DNA of 64,000 bases from Entomortierella parvispora E1425 (Eukaryota; Fungi; Mortierellomycota), in NCBI GenBank assembly GCA_020891255.1, contig BQFW01000005.1:1798001-1862000 (forward strand). Reading direction: 5' to 3'. A program made the position numbers and the translations under genes. The notes under the pieces are model-generated. The model was not told the origin of the DNA. It saw only the letters and a list, made by a program, of their open reading frames with translations, and made no database searches. This document shows positions 1-13,747 of this stretch, one piece after another; the first letter of the stretch is position 1, and each line of letters begins with the position of its first letter.

Positions 1-892
1 GATCACAAGCCCAATAACGATAAGGGCTACAATAATTCCAATGATCAGTCCGGTGCTGGAAGATGAGGATGAAGACGAGCCACTTCCTGATGGTGCGTAT
101 GAGGGTGTTGGGGCAGGACGACTTGAAGGGGATGGATTGACGCCAAATGAGCCAGCGACAGACACTACTTTTGATGTATTCTGATAAGTTGGTACGGTAC
201 TTCCCAATGAGATACTGGCAACACCTCCCAACTTGTCGGCGTAAAAGATAAATGGGGCTTGGCCGTTGATGTTGGCAACTGGGACAATAGAGACGGGAGA
301 GGAGATAGCACCATAAACCTCGGTGTATGTAGTGTACGCGCCGGCTCCGCTCGGATCAAAGACGATAATCTTGGTGTAGCCAGTGCTTGGCTACAGACAA
401 AGAGCATCTACGGTGGTTAGAGTCTTTTTTTTCGGTGATTGAGAGCCACACAAAGACCTCCAGAAAGAACATGAAGAGACACTTACAGAACAAGCGATAA
501 CAATTTTGCTGCCCATCGAATACATCTGGACACGAAGAAGAGTGGAGCTGGCACAGTTTGTGCCGACGATTGTGGCATCATAAGCCTTGGGAGTAGTGTT
601 AGGCATGGTGAGCGTGGCACTTGGGAGGGGTAAAGCGGTCAAAAAATTCGAAGATCCATAGTATCCCAAGGAATAAATGCTCCCGTTGGCATAGCTCAAG
701 GCCATAGGTCTGCCATAAGTGGCTGCGGCCTAATTGAACAGAGAGAGGGGGGAACCGAGTGAGCAGATGCAATGGTCCATTCAAAATCGAGGGGTGGGAT
801 AGGCCAAAAACTCCTTACCCAACCCCATGGAGCACTCTGGGTTATCGGTAAGGGGATGCGGGCAGCCTGGTTTAAGGTTGCTACATAAAAAC

Positions 893-3800
893 TAGTGGCT
901 GTAACCGGCTAATTTTTCTTAGGCGGTCAATTGGTTCGCACTAACAGTTCTTCGCCAGCTAAACTTGACCGACGAACTTCTTGGTTAAGCAAATGGTTGT
1001 TTTGACGTTAATTTCGCCGAAGTTTTAGTCAGCGGGAGACATGGTCAAAGAAATCTTAGCCCGCGGTTAAATGGGCCATTAAGGGTGAAATGGAGAGTTT
1101 TTGTCTGTTCTTTCAGTTGCGTTGCACTGATTGAAGGTATTGCACTGTTGTGAAGCACAGAGGCGTCTGGCCTTTAGCAATGGTGTCCGACATTTAAAAG
1201 AGAAAACTTTTTGTTTTTTTCTTCGTCAAAATCGCGTGTGATCGTCTGATGGACGAGGCAGTGGAGATTTTTTTTTTTTTTTTTTTTGCAACATTTTATT
1301 TGCTATGTCGAGCCAAAGAAGTGAAGTGCGAGACCAAACTATCTACAACCTGAGCAAAGCCGCGTGGTCCAGACGACAAATGACCCCGGATCCCCGCGCA
1401 ACAAATGCCACGGCTCGTCACCGTGTAATAAAGAAGAGTAAAATGTGTAAAACGAGGCAGTGGAGATATATCACGTGCCCATTGTATATTGGTGGCGTTC
1501 GGTGATATTACAAAAAGTCGCGAGAGAGTGTTTACGGGATATCGGGTCCGCACGGACAACGGGGACGCGCACTTTTACGAAGGGAGAGGGTTTTGGTTCT
1601 AGTTCGGGAATGACCTTTATTTTTTGTTTTTTTTCTTGATCTGGCTTGCCATCCTGTCACTGTAAGATCCTCTCAGGCACTGCTTTCTTTTTATGATGAT
1701 CGACATCGAGATGAAACGGCTGACCATGCTGTGTTGTCAGCTCTCACAATCTTCGTCGTGCTTGAGCCAATACTAACAACCGATCGCGTAAATCCAGAAG
1801 TGGAGAGGTAGAGTCCTTGTGCTTTCTTACGTGCCGTACCCTTGCCTCTTCTACCTCCTATCGATTAGACGCGTACAATTGTAATAGGCCAAGGTGGGGA
1901 TTGATTAGGAAGTAGGACAGGCATAAAAAGAGTTATGAATGAGGTTTAATGAGTTGGAGAGATAGGGTATATGTAGGTATCTATGTGGCTATGGTGGCTA
2001 TGTCACCGCGATCATGTTGCCAGGGCTTGGCCGGGTGATCATGTTGGCTGGGCTCAGCTGGAGTGGTTGGGTTGGAGTAGCACGGACATAGACTCTAGGA
2101 CTGTAGGCACGCGTGGTTGCACTTCAGTTACAACAATCATGGAGGCAGATTCCAAAGACTCAGAGTATACAAGGCTATGATTACTTAACGCGAGTTGTTT
2201 TTGATAGCACCGTCCTTTGTTTTCTGTCTTCTCACCCTACATTCATCCTTTTTGACACAGTATCCACACTGGAAAGAATGAAACACCAATATCACTCTGA
2301 CCATACTTCCGAGTTCATTATCAAGGACGACTTAGAAAAGTTAAAAGAGGCGACCGCTGACGGCGACACTCTGCTCGACTTTGCACAGTTGAAGAGAGCA
2401 AGGCATAGCAAAGGCAACCTCCCAGAGCTAAGGCTGATCCGCTTCAAATACTTGATAGTTAGGACAAAGGTGCGCCAGCGTTTCAGGTGCCATCATTCAA
2501 ACAACACAAGGGATATTGCGGCGGATTTCAACACTATCTGAAGGACGCATATGACAGTAGATCTACCAGTATTTGATGTATGAGCGATTTGACTGACAGC
2601 CTGATGCCCAGTGTTTTAATTACAAAAAAGTATGAGGTTCATGAGGAAGTAAAGGGAAGAAATAAAGATCTACAAGTGTCTGCTTTTTTTTGGTGGAGTA
2701 AGAGATTTGAGTGCAGAGTGCAGTCTTTTATTGCCGGCAACGGCAGGACGGTCAGTGAAATGTGGAGGTGATGGGGAACCCTCGCGGGAATAGGCCCTTT
2801 CAGGACACGAGGGTCCTTCACCCTTGTCAGCTGCATGGCACCCAAGAATTGGACAAGGACGGGATGGAGAACGGCAGCGCTCAGGGAGCCATTTACAGTC
2901 GTGAGACAGAGGGGAAAAACCGTGGTGGCCATGCATTAGACACTCCAGTTCAGCAGAATCGAGAGGCGCTGGCGTTGGCAAGCTACTGTTAGGTGAGGGT
3001 GAACAAGAAGACCTATCACTGCAGTCAGTCAGATAGCATGTGATATCATTAGACATGGATCGTCTTCGAGGATCATATCCATCAACATAAGGACCAGGAG
3101 GACAGCATCTCTGGGGTGCTGTGCGATGGGAAAATGACGGAGTAAAAAGGACGACGATCGACTACGGCTGCGGGAAGAGGATCGACTACGAGAGGAGCGC
3201 TCGTGCGGGGGGGGGGCTTGATCTGTAGAAGACATTGAATCAATTTTGGTGGCAAAGCTCAAAAAAAAAAAAAAAGGGGGGGGGGAGATCGAGATCTCCT
3301 CCCTGTCCTCATTCCTTTCCTCATGCCTTTTCAGCATCCGCCCTCACTCGCCATCCATCTTTCTCCGTCTCCCTCTTACCATTCACTTCGCTCCGCTCGT
3401 TCACTGGACGCACAGTATGGCCGGATGAACATGAATGCCCTCTCAATTAGTCTCCCTCCCTCTCATCGACCCAGGTCCAGGTTCCATTTCGTCTCCTTCC
3501 CTCTCATGTCGTCTCCTTCCTACCCTTCCCTTCGCTCCGCTTGCTGTTGACTGGACACGCACTATGACCAGGGTTATGGTTCATGAAGTGTAATCCAGAT
3601 GAGTTCTCCCACCACTCATTAGGTTCAACTCTTGAATTTGAGGTCGATTCTCTATTCTCTCCTTGCCAACCACTGCAGTCGCCGTGCTGTGGATGCGGTT
3701 GTCATTCGAGTCTAGACTCACTCTGCACTTGGGCTTCCTTTCCTCTTTTTGTTATCGGCCGCGCTCCCCTTCCTCTGGATGAACATCTGCCGGTCTGACT

Positions 3801-4450
3801 CATCCATTCAATACTACACACATTCAGTCGTTGCGGTCCGTTAAGAACTGATATGAAGTTACCAAGTATTTTGCCCAAGAAAGAGAGTATTCGATTGTCG
3901 ATCCTTTTATGTGGTGGAAGAACAACAAATTGGAGTATCCGATGATGGCTCAATTGGCGAGGAAGTACCTTGCAATGCCTGCAACCTCGGTGGCTCCAGA
4001 GCGCATGTTCAGTTTTGCTGGCAACACGGTTACAGACAAACGTACTCGTCTTACTTCTGATACTGTTAGCGACGTTGTCTTTTCCTACCATGCCTCAAAG
4101 TGCGTTGCTTCCGCACGTCCAGCTGGCTACACTGTCTAGTTTACGTTCCAGAACACTCAACCAATTCCAATCAAGTATTATCAATAAGGACTTCTATCAA
4201 TAAAGCAAATGATATCAACATCCCTGTTTCATGTTCTCATGTTCGTGTTGTGTGGGATCATCCTTTTATCATGGTTAACTGTGGCGGCCGTCAACTATTT
4301 TTTTGGTTAACAATCTCATTGGTTTTGGCGCGGTTAAAGGAAAATGCCACCGGTCAATCCGCCGAAGAACTAAAAAAAGTGCCGTCAACTAAAAAGACGG
4401 CCTAAAAAATATGCTTAACCAGAACTCATTTTCGCCGGTTACAATCACTA
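893..4450 (+). mobile_element. hAT-superfamily DNA transposon, non-autonomous/decayed (3558 bp)
   Basis: TIRs TAGTGGCTGTAACCGGC (893-909) and reverse complement TAGTGATTGTAACCGGC (4434-4450), 15/17 identical. Perfect 8-bp TSD ATAAAAAC (885-892 and 4451-4458). Internal hAT dimerisation-domain remnant. Confidence 0.93.
3852..4139 (+). pseudogene. hAT transposase C-terminal dimerisation domain fragment
   Basis: DPFMWWKNNKLEYPMMAQLARKYLAMPATSVAPERMFSFAGNTVTDKRTRL matches the hAT WW..YP.LA.LA..YL..PATS...ER.FS..G motif; an in-frame TGA lies immediately upstream (3849-3851). Confidence 0.9.
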
Positions 4451-6004
4451 ATAAAAACCATCGGCAAGAAATTTCTCGGTAAGATGCATCACGGTGTTGT
4501 TTCCACTCGTCGGGTCCTTGGTCCAAACGAGTTGACTCCAGGCTGAAGCATCCCATACATATGAGAGAGAGCTGACCACGGCAATGTTGCTCCAGGTGCC
4601 ATTTCCTCCGGTAGGGGAGAACTGCAAACCGCGAATGTTTGTATCCGTAGGCGATGAGATAGTCAACTGAGAGTCCCTGGCGAGGATGGTAAAGGTGCCC
4701 TTGTCATCCACAGTGCAGTCAAACTCTTGTCCATAAGTGTTGCTGGGCAGATAGTAAGCGGCATAAGTACTGATGTTGCTAACGACGGTCCAAGTCAAGT
4801 CAGACAGGTCGGGAGATGGATTGGGGTTCGAGGAGATGACATAGTTCCAGCTCCAGTAGGGGTGATCGTACGAGCCAGTGTATCCATATCCAAAAATCCT
4901 GACGCCGTCCGAGGCAAAACAGATGGGAGATAGCAATCCCATTGCAAGGAGAGGAGAGAAGAGTGCAGGGGATGTGCGCTAGAGGGGGCGAGGGACGCGG
5001 GAGACGTCGAGAAGGTGGGGAGGAGGAAGAGTCAACTGTAAGTCAACTATGTGCTCACGTAGAGTGAGTGTAGGGATGTAAAGGAATGGCCAAGGACATG
5101 CGCAATGGCAAGAGAAAGAGATGCATTGCTAAGATGACAGGGCGGTTCCTCGTTCTCCTCTTTTCCTCTTTTCCTCTTTTCCTCTTTTCCAGGGGTCGAC
5201 AGAAGCCGTTGCTTGTTCTATCCAAGGTCAAAGGTCGCACGCCGCTTTTTTTCTGTCGACAAAATGGCTCACCGGGTTGGGTGTCGCAGCAGATGTGCTC
5301 TCATCCAGGAGAGTTTATGCACTGCCACATGCTTCGGGCACGTTGCGGTCGTGGCATCTTCTTGGGCTAACCGGGGTCCAAGTGCCAGGGGTCGAAAGGT
5401 CGGGGCACACCGTTGGTACCGAGAACAGTCAGGTCCGTGCATTCAGGGGTGGCTGGTCTTCCCTGCAGCATCATCAGTCACACAGGATTGCACAATGCAG
5501 GGCCAACTCTGAGTTCGAAAGAGAGAGGGAGAGAGGGAGAGAGGGAGAAGGCAGGACACAGCGGGCGAGCAGTGCAGTCGAATGCAGGGGGAGGACAGGG
5601 CAGAAGGCAAGAAAAGAATGTGCAGAGCAGTGAAGAAAGCAGTGAAGAAAGCAGAGGCAGCAGAGGACGCGACGATCGGCGAGAACACGCGAAAGCTGCT
5701 CATTGGAGGAAAATGAGCAGTCACAGAAGCGAGTGCGGAGTGCTCTCCCCATCCATGCATGTGTCATCGCATTCACATTCATCCATTCATCTGCCTCTGC
5801 TTTTCTTCTTTGTTCTCTTCTCAACAGGCGTTGCTATCATATCATCCCCTACCTAGCCGCCAAACTACTACAACAACAAAAACGCCAATAGAGAGACAGA
5901 CAGACGGACAGACGGACAGGCCGACGAAAATATCCACAAAGTGAGGACTTCCTTTTTAGCCGCGAACCACTGACAGCCTCAGCAAAACAGGGATTTCAGG
6001 GACA

Positions 6005-8962
6005 ATGGCCCGACTGGCAGTCTATGGTGCCATCAGCACTGTCCTCGCAGGCGGGGTCATTGCTGGCGCATTTGCGCAACGGAGCAACTTCTATGCTGCC
6101 TGCATCTATCTCTACAAGTCGAATGCCTGCATGATGGTAACAATTCCAACGTCGCCCTGATGGATGAGTTGTCGAGACCGCTTTTGGGGTCAATACCCTT
6201 GGGAGCGAATCTCGACTTGAAAGTGGAGGCGGTCGTGTCGGGTAGCCTTAGGTGATGATACTGTGACACTAACCCGATTGTACCTATCTGGGATTTCTCT
6301 AGATCATATTGAACCTGGGTTTGTTCCTGACCATCATTGCAGGCCAACTGGTGCAAATGATCTTTTTCGGCAACCTGAGGACGTTGGAAGTCGAGGTAAA
6401 GCTTTGCGCCTAGATGGATGACTCAAATGTTGAATAGGGGCTTCGTGTTGGCGGTCTCCATATTTCCCTGTTGACTGATAACTTGATAATACCCATTCTT
6501 TATTGTTATAGCATCTATATGAGAGAGCATGGTATGCCGTCACGGAAACTTGTCTTGCTATGACCATCTTCAAAGACGAGTTCGATACTCGGTTTGTGGT
6601 CATGTTCACGGTCTTGCTTTTCTTGAAAGTGTTTCACTGGCTGTGTCAAGATCGTGTCGATTCTGTAAGTGCTAGTAGGACCACCGAATCGACTTTGCTT
6701 GTGAATCTTCAACACTAATGCCAATACTTCTCGATCAATAGATGGAGCAATCTCCAGAAATCCCAATGTCGTTTCATATCCGGATGGTCACCATGATTGG
6801 AATGCTGGTGAGCTTGGACGTGTTCATGGCTCTTAATGCTGCAGATCACGTCGCATTGAAAGGGCCCAACATGATGATCATGTTTGGATTCGAGGTAACT
6901 GCTTGTTAACGCTGCCGAGACAAACGGTCCTCAGATACGTCTTCTAACTACTGAATATCGAATCTAGTACACACTGCTCGCGACGAGCTTGCTGGCATCG
7001 TTTGGGAAATATGTTCTTCACACCATTGACATGAGACGTGAGGAACCTTGGGAGAACAAGTCCATGTTGCTCTTCTATCTGGACCTAGTGGCGGACTTTG
7101 TCAAGTTGGTGACCTATCTTATGTTTTTTATGGTGATCTTGGTCTGCTATGGACTTCCGCTGCACATCATTCGCGATGTCTATATGACAATGCGGTCCTT
7201 CTTCCAAAAGTGCAAGGATCTGATCCAGTACAGGAAGGCGACCCGGAACATGAATGAGCGCTATCCAGATGCCTCGCCTGCAGAACTGGCTGGTCTGAGT
7301 GATCCTATTTGCATTATCTGTCGTGAGGAGATGCAGGGACATCACCCACCACACACGCAAGGCGCTGATGAAGCTCACGCGCCAGCCCCTGCGCCGCGCG
7401 CGGCATCTGGAAACACTACTAATGTCCCTAAGAAGCTTCCTTGCGGCCACATCTTCCACTTTCACTGCCTCAAGAGCTGGCTGGAGCGTCAGCAGAGTTG
7501 TCCCACATGGTATGTACCTGTATGAATGTTTGGACTGGTTCTAGGGCTTAGACTTATCAATACTGCCCAATCTATGTTTGGTAGCCGTCGTTTGGTTTTG
7601 GACCCGCCAACTCCCGCTCCGACACCACAGCCTGCTCCTGGCGATGCCGCTCCTGGTGGAGCTGCGGCTGCAGCGCCTGGCACGGGTCCCCAAGGTGGAG
7701 CAGGAGGTCCAGCAGCAACATTCGGTCATTTTGGACACAATCACGCGCAACAACCACCAGGACTTGCACAGAATCAAGGCATGGGCTATCCCATGTATGC
7801 ACCTAACGGACACAATCCATTAGCTGCGTGGCACCCACATGCAATGGGTGGGCTACCTGGGGCAATTCCACAAGAGGGTAACCAAGGCGTTGTCGGATCT
7901 AGCGCCTCTGTCAATACAGGGGGAGGAGGGGCGTCTTCTGCACCTCACAGCAGCTACATCCCGAGCTACTCAATCCCACATGCAACTCACCCTATCCCTG
8001 GATTCATCCCACTATTCCCAGTTGGAGATGATCAGGAAAGAGCTGGATATAACAACATTTGGGCTCCATTTGGCGCCGCCACCCCGTTTGGTGGAAGCAC
8101 GCAAGGCCCGCTCTCTGACACAAACATTTCGAGTGACTCCAACTCATCGAGGACAACACATCAGCATGTGATGAGTGACCGAATTTCTTTGACATCCTTG
8201 GATACGCTTACGGATGACCAGATCAAATACTTGGAGGAAAATACACGCCGAGGATTGCAGGAGCGCCTCCGTATTTTACAGGCAGTGGATAGACAGATAG
8301 CAGAATCAGTCAGCGTTTTAAGTCGCGTTTTAGATTCTCTGCCACCTGCAGGGACGCCTGCTGTAGCTGCCCGTTCAACAGCAGCATCATCAAGTCTCGG
8401 AGCAGATCCTCAGGAGTTTGCCGATCCTCCTAGCCCTGTTTCTGCAGAAGCAGAAGCAGAGGCGGTGTCAACCAAAACCAATGGAGCTGCTGGTTCGGCG
8501 AGAAATTGGATGCACGGTGGCGCCGCCGGACTAGGATCGGCGTCCTCGATGGGGCTTCAGTCATCTGCTAGGGATGGACTGGAAAGAGCACTGTCAACCA
8601 TGGGCAATGGAACTCGGTCGATAAACATCGACGCGACAGATACAGCCTCGCCTCCTGTCACGAACGGTAGTAACCCGACAGGAACAACGCCATCCAGCAC
8701 TGTTGTGCCCACTTTCTTGCCATCACCATCCGTTTCACCATTGCAGACAGAAACAGCGGGGCTGGAGGAGCAAAACAACTCAGCTGTACGATTGGTAGAC
8801 AAAGGCAAAGGTAAAAAGACGGAGGCGGAGCTAGAGGAAGACGCCCTGCGCGAGAAAGCAGAGAGAGAAGCAGCAGATAACGAGGACGAGGACAGCAACT
8901 ATTCACCCCAGGAGATGGTGCGGAGACGGTGGGCGCGAATGGACGTGTCCCCGTCAGAGTAG
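6005..8962 (+). CDS. HRD1: ERAD E3 ubiquitin ligase Hrd1/synoviolin (multi-exon)
   Basis: N-terminus MARLAVYGAISTVLAGG..SNFYAACIYLYKSNACMM; TM region with WENKSMLLFYLDLVADFVKL and YGLPLHIIRDVYMT; RING-H2 [36 protein letters not shown]; GT-AG introns. Confidence 0.95.
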
Positions 8963-9291
8963 GCTGACCAGGCCATGGTAACAAAAATGAAAAATGAAAA
9001 TAAAGCACCCTCTGTGACGGTTCAAGGTCTCGACGTTTGCATCGCCCAGCACGATGCAAGTTCTTTGTTCTCTTTCCCTTGCCCTCGACCTTTCGTCATC
9101 TTTTCCATCCGGCGAGCGACCTTTAAATTGACCATTGACCAATCCCTTCAACGCCTGCTACACTATCCTCGCACCTTCATTTTTTTCGTCCTGGTCATTC
9201 ATCGGCACACTCGCTTTCATTTGTACCCCTGTTCAGCAGCCTGAACTCCTTGTGCGTCGCGACAAAGAACCGAAACTAAAAATAGCACGAC

Positions 9292-12258
9292 ATGGGCGCC
9301 GTCAGCTCGTCGCTTGCGGACGGAGCAGATTGGCTTCGTCACCGTCATGGAGCAGAGGACCCGTCAGAGACCCGGAGGCGACGACTGCAACGACAGAGGA
9401 GACGAAGGCGACAGCAACGACTTCAACAGGTACAGGGCTCTCGCAGTCAGGGGTTTGAGGAACAAAGTGGTCACTCTGGGACCATGGGTTCAGCGGTCTT
9501 GTCCGAAGAGGATAGCGACGACTATGATTCCTTGGACGACGGAGAGGACGAGGATGACGACGACGACGCTGATATCCTAGAGGAAGGCGAGGACGCCGAC
9601 AGCACAACAGACGGCCGACGGCAGAGACGGGCCAACAAAGATCCGAATGGGTACGACAATCATCCATTGTATTTTGGACCCTCTTTCCATCCTGTGACAG
9701 AGCAAAGTCCAGCCCAAATTCAACTGCATAGGCAAATTGAGCAACAACTAGAGCAGCAGCAGCGGCAGGAATACTGGATGCAACAGTCGAGGCAACAGCA
9801 ACAGCAGCAGAACCACTATGCACAGCAACAGCAGCAACAGCAACAACAGCTATCGTCTCATTCTGCGGCAGGTGGTCAGCAACTCTCCCTGAACGATTTC
9901 ATCTTACCGTCAGCAATATCTGGGATGACAGGAGTTACTGCTGGTGGAGGGATGTCTCCTTCTGGAGGCGGGAGTGGTGGTGGCGATGGCGTTGGCTTTC
10001 CAGACCATATGCAGGACCAGCTTTATCGGAACAATCAACTCTACAATCTAATTTCAGGACTGAGCGTGAATCCACTGTTGACTGAAGTCCAGAGGGCTGG
10101 TACCCTGGATTTGTCTGTTTTGGAGCAAGAGTTGGATGATGTCGAAGGAGGTTGGGTTGACATGGATGAAGAGCCGGAAAACAGCGATGCTTCGGACATG
10201 TACGCACAGGAAGGCATTGTTCGAGAAATGGTAATATGTATTTCTTATTCGAGACTTTATGCACGATATGAGGACATCGTTTGCCTAAACTGCAAGGTCT
10301 CTTGGCATTTTAGCAACCGACGAAACGATCACCGACGGCGCTAGCATGCAACATTAACCTGAAAAAGAACACCCTTCGCCTTGTCAAGAACTTTACAATA
10401 TCGAAAGACCCCACGATCCCTCCACCCTCACATTTGCGACCCAACTACAGGCTGGATTTCTCTTTCGATAGCTTGACGCCTTGTGATGTCAAACTGTTCT
10501 GGGTTGTCAAAGAGGTTGAGGAGGACGGAGCCCTAGGACTTCGGCTTCGACGTCTACATCATCTGCCTCAACCAACTACCTATCACTTCCCTGCAGGAAT
10601 GAACCAAAGATTTATTTCACCAATTTTGCCGCTTTATACCATGTCCCTGCCAGAGCTTACCATGCAAGGGTTGCCTTCAACCACCATGCGTGTCTTCCAA
10701 AAGAGACAACAGCAGCTCCGGCACCAATACCAGCAGCAGCAAAACTCGAATCATGGTGTCTTCAAGGATGGAATAGAGTCTCACGCAGGCGATGATGAAA
10801 GTCAATTACCAAGGAGTCGTAACAGCAGTGGCCGCAAGGCAGGCAGTCAAACTGCTAGAAGGGGCAGAGGATCAAGGAATGGGTCGTCGATCAAGACCTC
10901 TCATTCAGACTTGAAAGACGGAATGAAACACTCTGGAGGGGTTTCTATGTCTTCTGGTTATGACGATGACACATATAAAGCTGTCATGGAGGACCAGTAC
11001 TATCCGCTGGTCATCTTGATCGAAGCCACTAAGAGCCACGATCCTTCAGGTAAGAATTTGTATTATATGTATACAGTAGACAAGATGCTCGATTGATCGT
11101 AGTTCCTGGATCTAACCTTGCATTGCTTGTTTGCTGTTAGCGCCGGTGAGGAGTCTGCCCATGCCAGAAGTAGATTCTCCTGGGTTATATCTGGTGAACA
11201 ACCAAGCTATATCGACGTTTGCATGCTTCAGTATCAGCTCCGAAGGTGGATTCGAGATTAAAGTGATGAAGCAAAAGGTTTGGATCAACTCAACCAACTA
11301 CTTGATCCAGGAAATTTATGGATTCACGGATTCAATCGCCTCTCCTGCTCTGCCCAAAGCACCAAACCCCGCAGCGTTGCCAAAGACGAGGGATGGCAAA
11401 AATGTTACGCGAGCGATGTCAAGGTTGAGTCGAGCGGAATCAATTGCTAGTAGAGTCACCGAACTGACATCGGATCGACCATCCACGCCATCCAAGAAAT
11501 CGCGACCCTTGTCGCAGGTGTCACAGTCGTCTGAGGCGGTAGGATCAACGTCAGCGACTGCAACATCCGCGCCAAGTTCAGGAAATACTAAGCGACGAAG
11601 TTTACTGGAGACTGTTACTTCCTCGCTCGCCCTCAGAAAGGCAGCCATGCCAACGGTTGATGGACAGGAGGACACCTCGGGACAAGAGCGTCGGCACTCG
11701 GTCGTGAACATGTCTGTAGAAGAGCTGGGGATATCCGAGCCCCCCGTGGCCAGACGTACATCAAAATCATCCAGGAGAAGCAGTGTTGCGAGACGACTTT
11801 CCACAGATACATCTGCTTCCGGTGAGCCTTCGTTTGTTGTAGCCCAAACAGCAGATGGTGATACAGACCAACAAGCGGATGAGAATGAAGACTCAGCTGG
11901 AGTCGACACTGCAGAGGCGAAGGCAGAGGAGGAGGCTGTTGCGCCTGAGAATTTGGTCCTATTGGATTCGCCAGAGTGCGTGATATGTCTTTCAGAAATC
12001 AAGGATACCATTGTCCTTCCCTGCAGACATTTTTGCATGTGTAGCGATTGTGGCGATGTTCTAAGACGACGCCCCCCTCAGAAATGTCCTATTTGCCGTC
12101 AAAGTAAGTCAATCCAGTTTTTTTTGTTCTCACCTGCATTTATCCATATCTTTTTACTGACCTGGGCCCCTGTGAACAACATCACCTTTCTCCCCTGCCT
12201 CTTCTACAGTCTTCCAATCCCTTCTTCATATAGCGTCCTCACCTACACCCGGGTCTGA
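9292..12258 (+). CDS. MGRN1/RNF157/LOG2-like RING-HC E3 ligase (multi-exon)
   Basis: MG-A-V-S-S myristoylation-type N-terminus; [15 protein letters not shown] and YYPLVILIE segments; [20 protein letters not shown]; C-terminal [35 protein letters not shown]; last exon [11 protein letters not shown]. Confidence 0.88.
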
Positions 12259-12511
12259 AAGTGCCATATCCATGAGCGCGTAGCCCAGTAGGAAATGAAA
12301 AAGAAAAAACGTGACTGCTACTCTTGTGGCTGATTCAATTTTCAAAACAAACCGCTCTTTTTTCTTTTTTTTTTTGATGCTCCATCTCGACCTTTGCCAG
12401 TGGACGAAAGCATTGACACTTCACCTGGACCCCTGCACCCTTTCCTTTTCTTCCATTCCCACTTTTCCCTCCATCCCTTCTTAATCTCTTAATCATTATA
12501 CCAATTACACC

Positions 12512-13179
12512 ATGGTGAAACGTTCCGCATCCGAGTCAGTAGCCATTCCTGTCCCAAAAATGAGGAAGCAGGCACCCGTGGACGACCACAAGGTTGCATT
12601 TGCCAAGAAGCCAGCCTCGTCGGCGTCCGCAGCGCCCTTGAAGGCATCAGAGCCCAAGAGTATCCTCAAGAGACCTCTTCGCGCCGAGCCCACAGCCACA
12701 GAAACCTCGTCCTCCACGAAACCAAAAGCCACCCTCTCAGGAGCCGCGCTCTTGAAGGCCAACACAAAAGCAGCATCCAAGACCCACACTTCGTTGGCAT
12801 CATTAGCCTCCAACACAGCAGCAGCAGGATCGACTAAAGGCGGAAAGCCCAAGGGCGTTGTGCGTCAGGCTGTCATGGCTACCCGCGGTGATGTGACAGG
12901 AGGCATGGGACGCAGGAAGAGACGGGCGCCTCAAGAGGAGGAGATCAACAGCGGAGATGATAGTGACAGTGAGAACGATGGCGAGGATGAGCAAGAATCT
13001 GGCGATGACGAGGAGGAAGAGTCTGATGCTGATGATTTCGAGGGCATGCCAGCAACAACTGCAAAGAGTAAGGATTGGACGACGTTCTTATTTCTCCCTT
13101 TTGAAAAAAAAAAAAAAAAAAAGAGTGGTAGTTATGGACAAGGAGGGGAAGAGATGACTAACGCGAGTATGGCCTCTCT

Positions 13180-13215
<36 letters not shown>

Positions 13216-13747
13216 CGTCCAAGAAGCATACTGAGGAGAACATGGCAGAGGCCATGTCCAAGATTTTAGGATCGACACTTCGCAAGGCGGATGCGAGCAC
13301 ACCTATCTTGGCTCGTTCCCGTGGTGCGGAGCGAAAGTTGGAGGAGGAGAAGATGGAGGCCAAGGCCAAGAAGGCATTGACAAATGAGAAGAAGCGCTTG
13401 GCCAACAAGGATCGCGTCAAACCTGATTATACCGGCATGGAATATGAAAAGAAGTTGCGCAAGGTCGCCACCCGTGGAGGTAATGAATTATGGATACTGT
13501 CTTGCGACCTCCCTCCCTCCTGAACTGAAGACTGGGAGACTGACAACTGACAAATGTACTACTCCCTATTTCATTGCAAATAGTTGTTCAACTTTTCAAC
13601 GCCATCAAGGCTCAGCAAAAGGCTACAGATGATTTGACAGAGAAGGTGCGACCCATCACCACCAACTCCAAGGACAAGGTTGCCAGTTTGACAAAGGCCA
13701 GTTTCTTGGATCTTCTTAAGAGTGGAACCAAGGTCGCTACTGTTTAG
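12512..13747 (+). CDS. RRP15: rRNA-processing protein Rrp15 family (multi-exon)
   Basis: AMSKIL..PILARS..EKKLRKVATRG|VVQLFNAIK and terminal SFLDLLKS are Rrp15 family motifs; basic/acidic N-terminal region. Confidence 0.85.

Larger units (their letters stand above)
1..4942 (-). pseudogene. Single-pass cell-surface/secreted-type protein gene, interrupted by the hAT insertion; 3' end runs off the window
   Basis: ORF 4448-4942 stops at the TAG formed by the element terminus. Removing the element plus one TSD copy restores KFLADGFY-VATLNQAARIPLPITQSAPWGW. GT-AG introns 818-730 and 486-392 keep the frame through to an S/P/G-rich linker and a hydrophobic segment GLIIGIIVALIVIGLVI at the window edge. 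True start codon uncertain. Confidence 0.8.

Noticed and set aside
5055-5944. Multiple overlapping 60-150 aa ORFs between the surface-protein gene and HRD1
   Set aside because: Arise from GA/CT-rich low-complexity intergenic sequence of a divergent promoter region.
13088-13234. Poly-K/poly-F peptides here and at 3258, 23315, 23522, 27665, 31415, 45500, 50700 and 57783
   Set aside because: Translations of A/T homopolymer tracts in introns and intergenic DNA.
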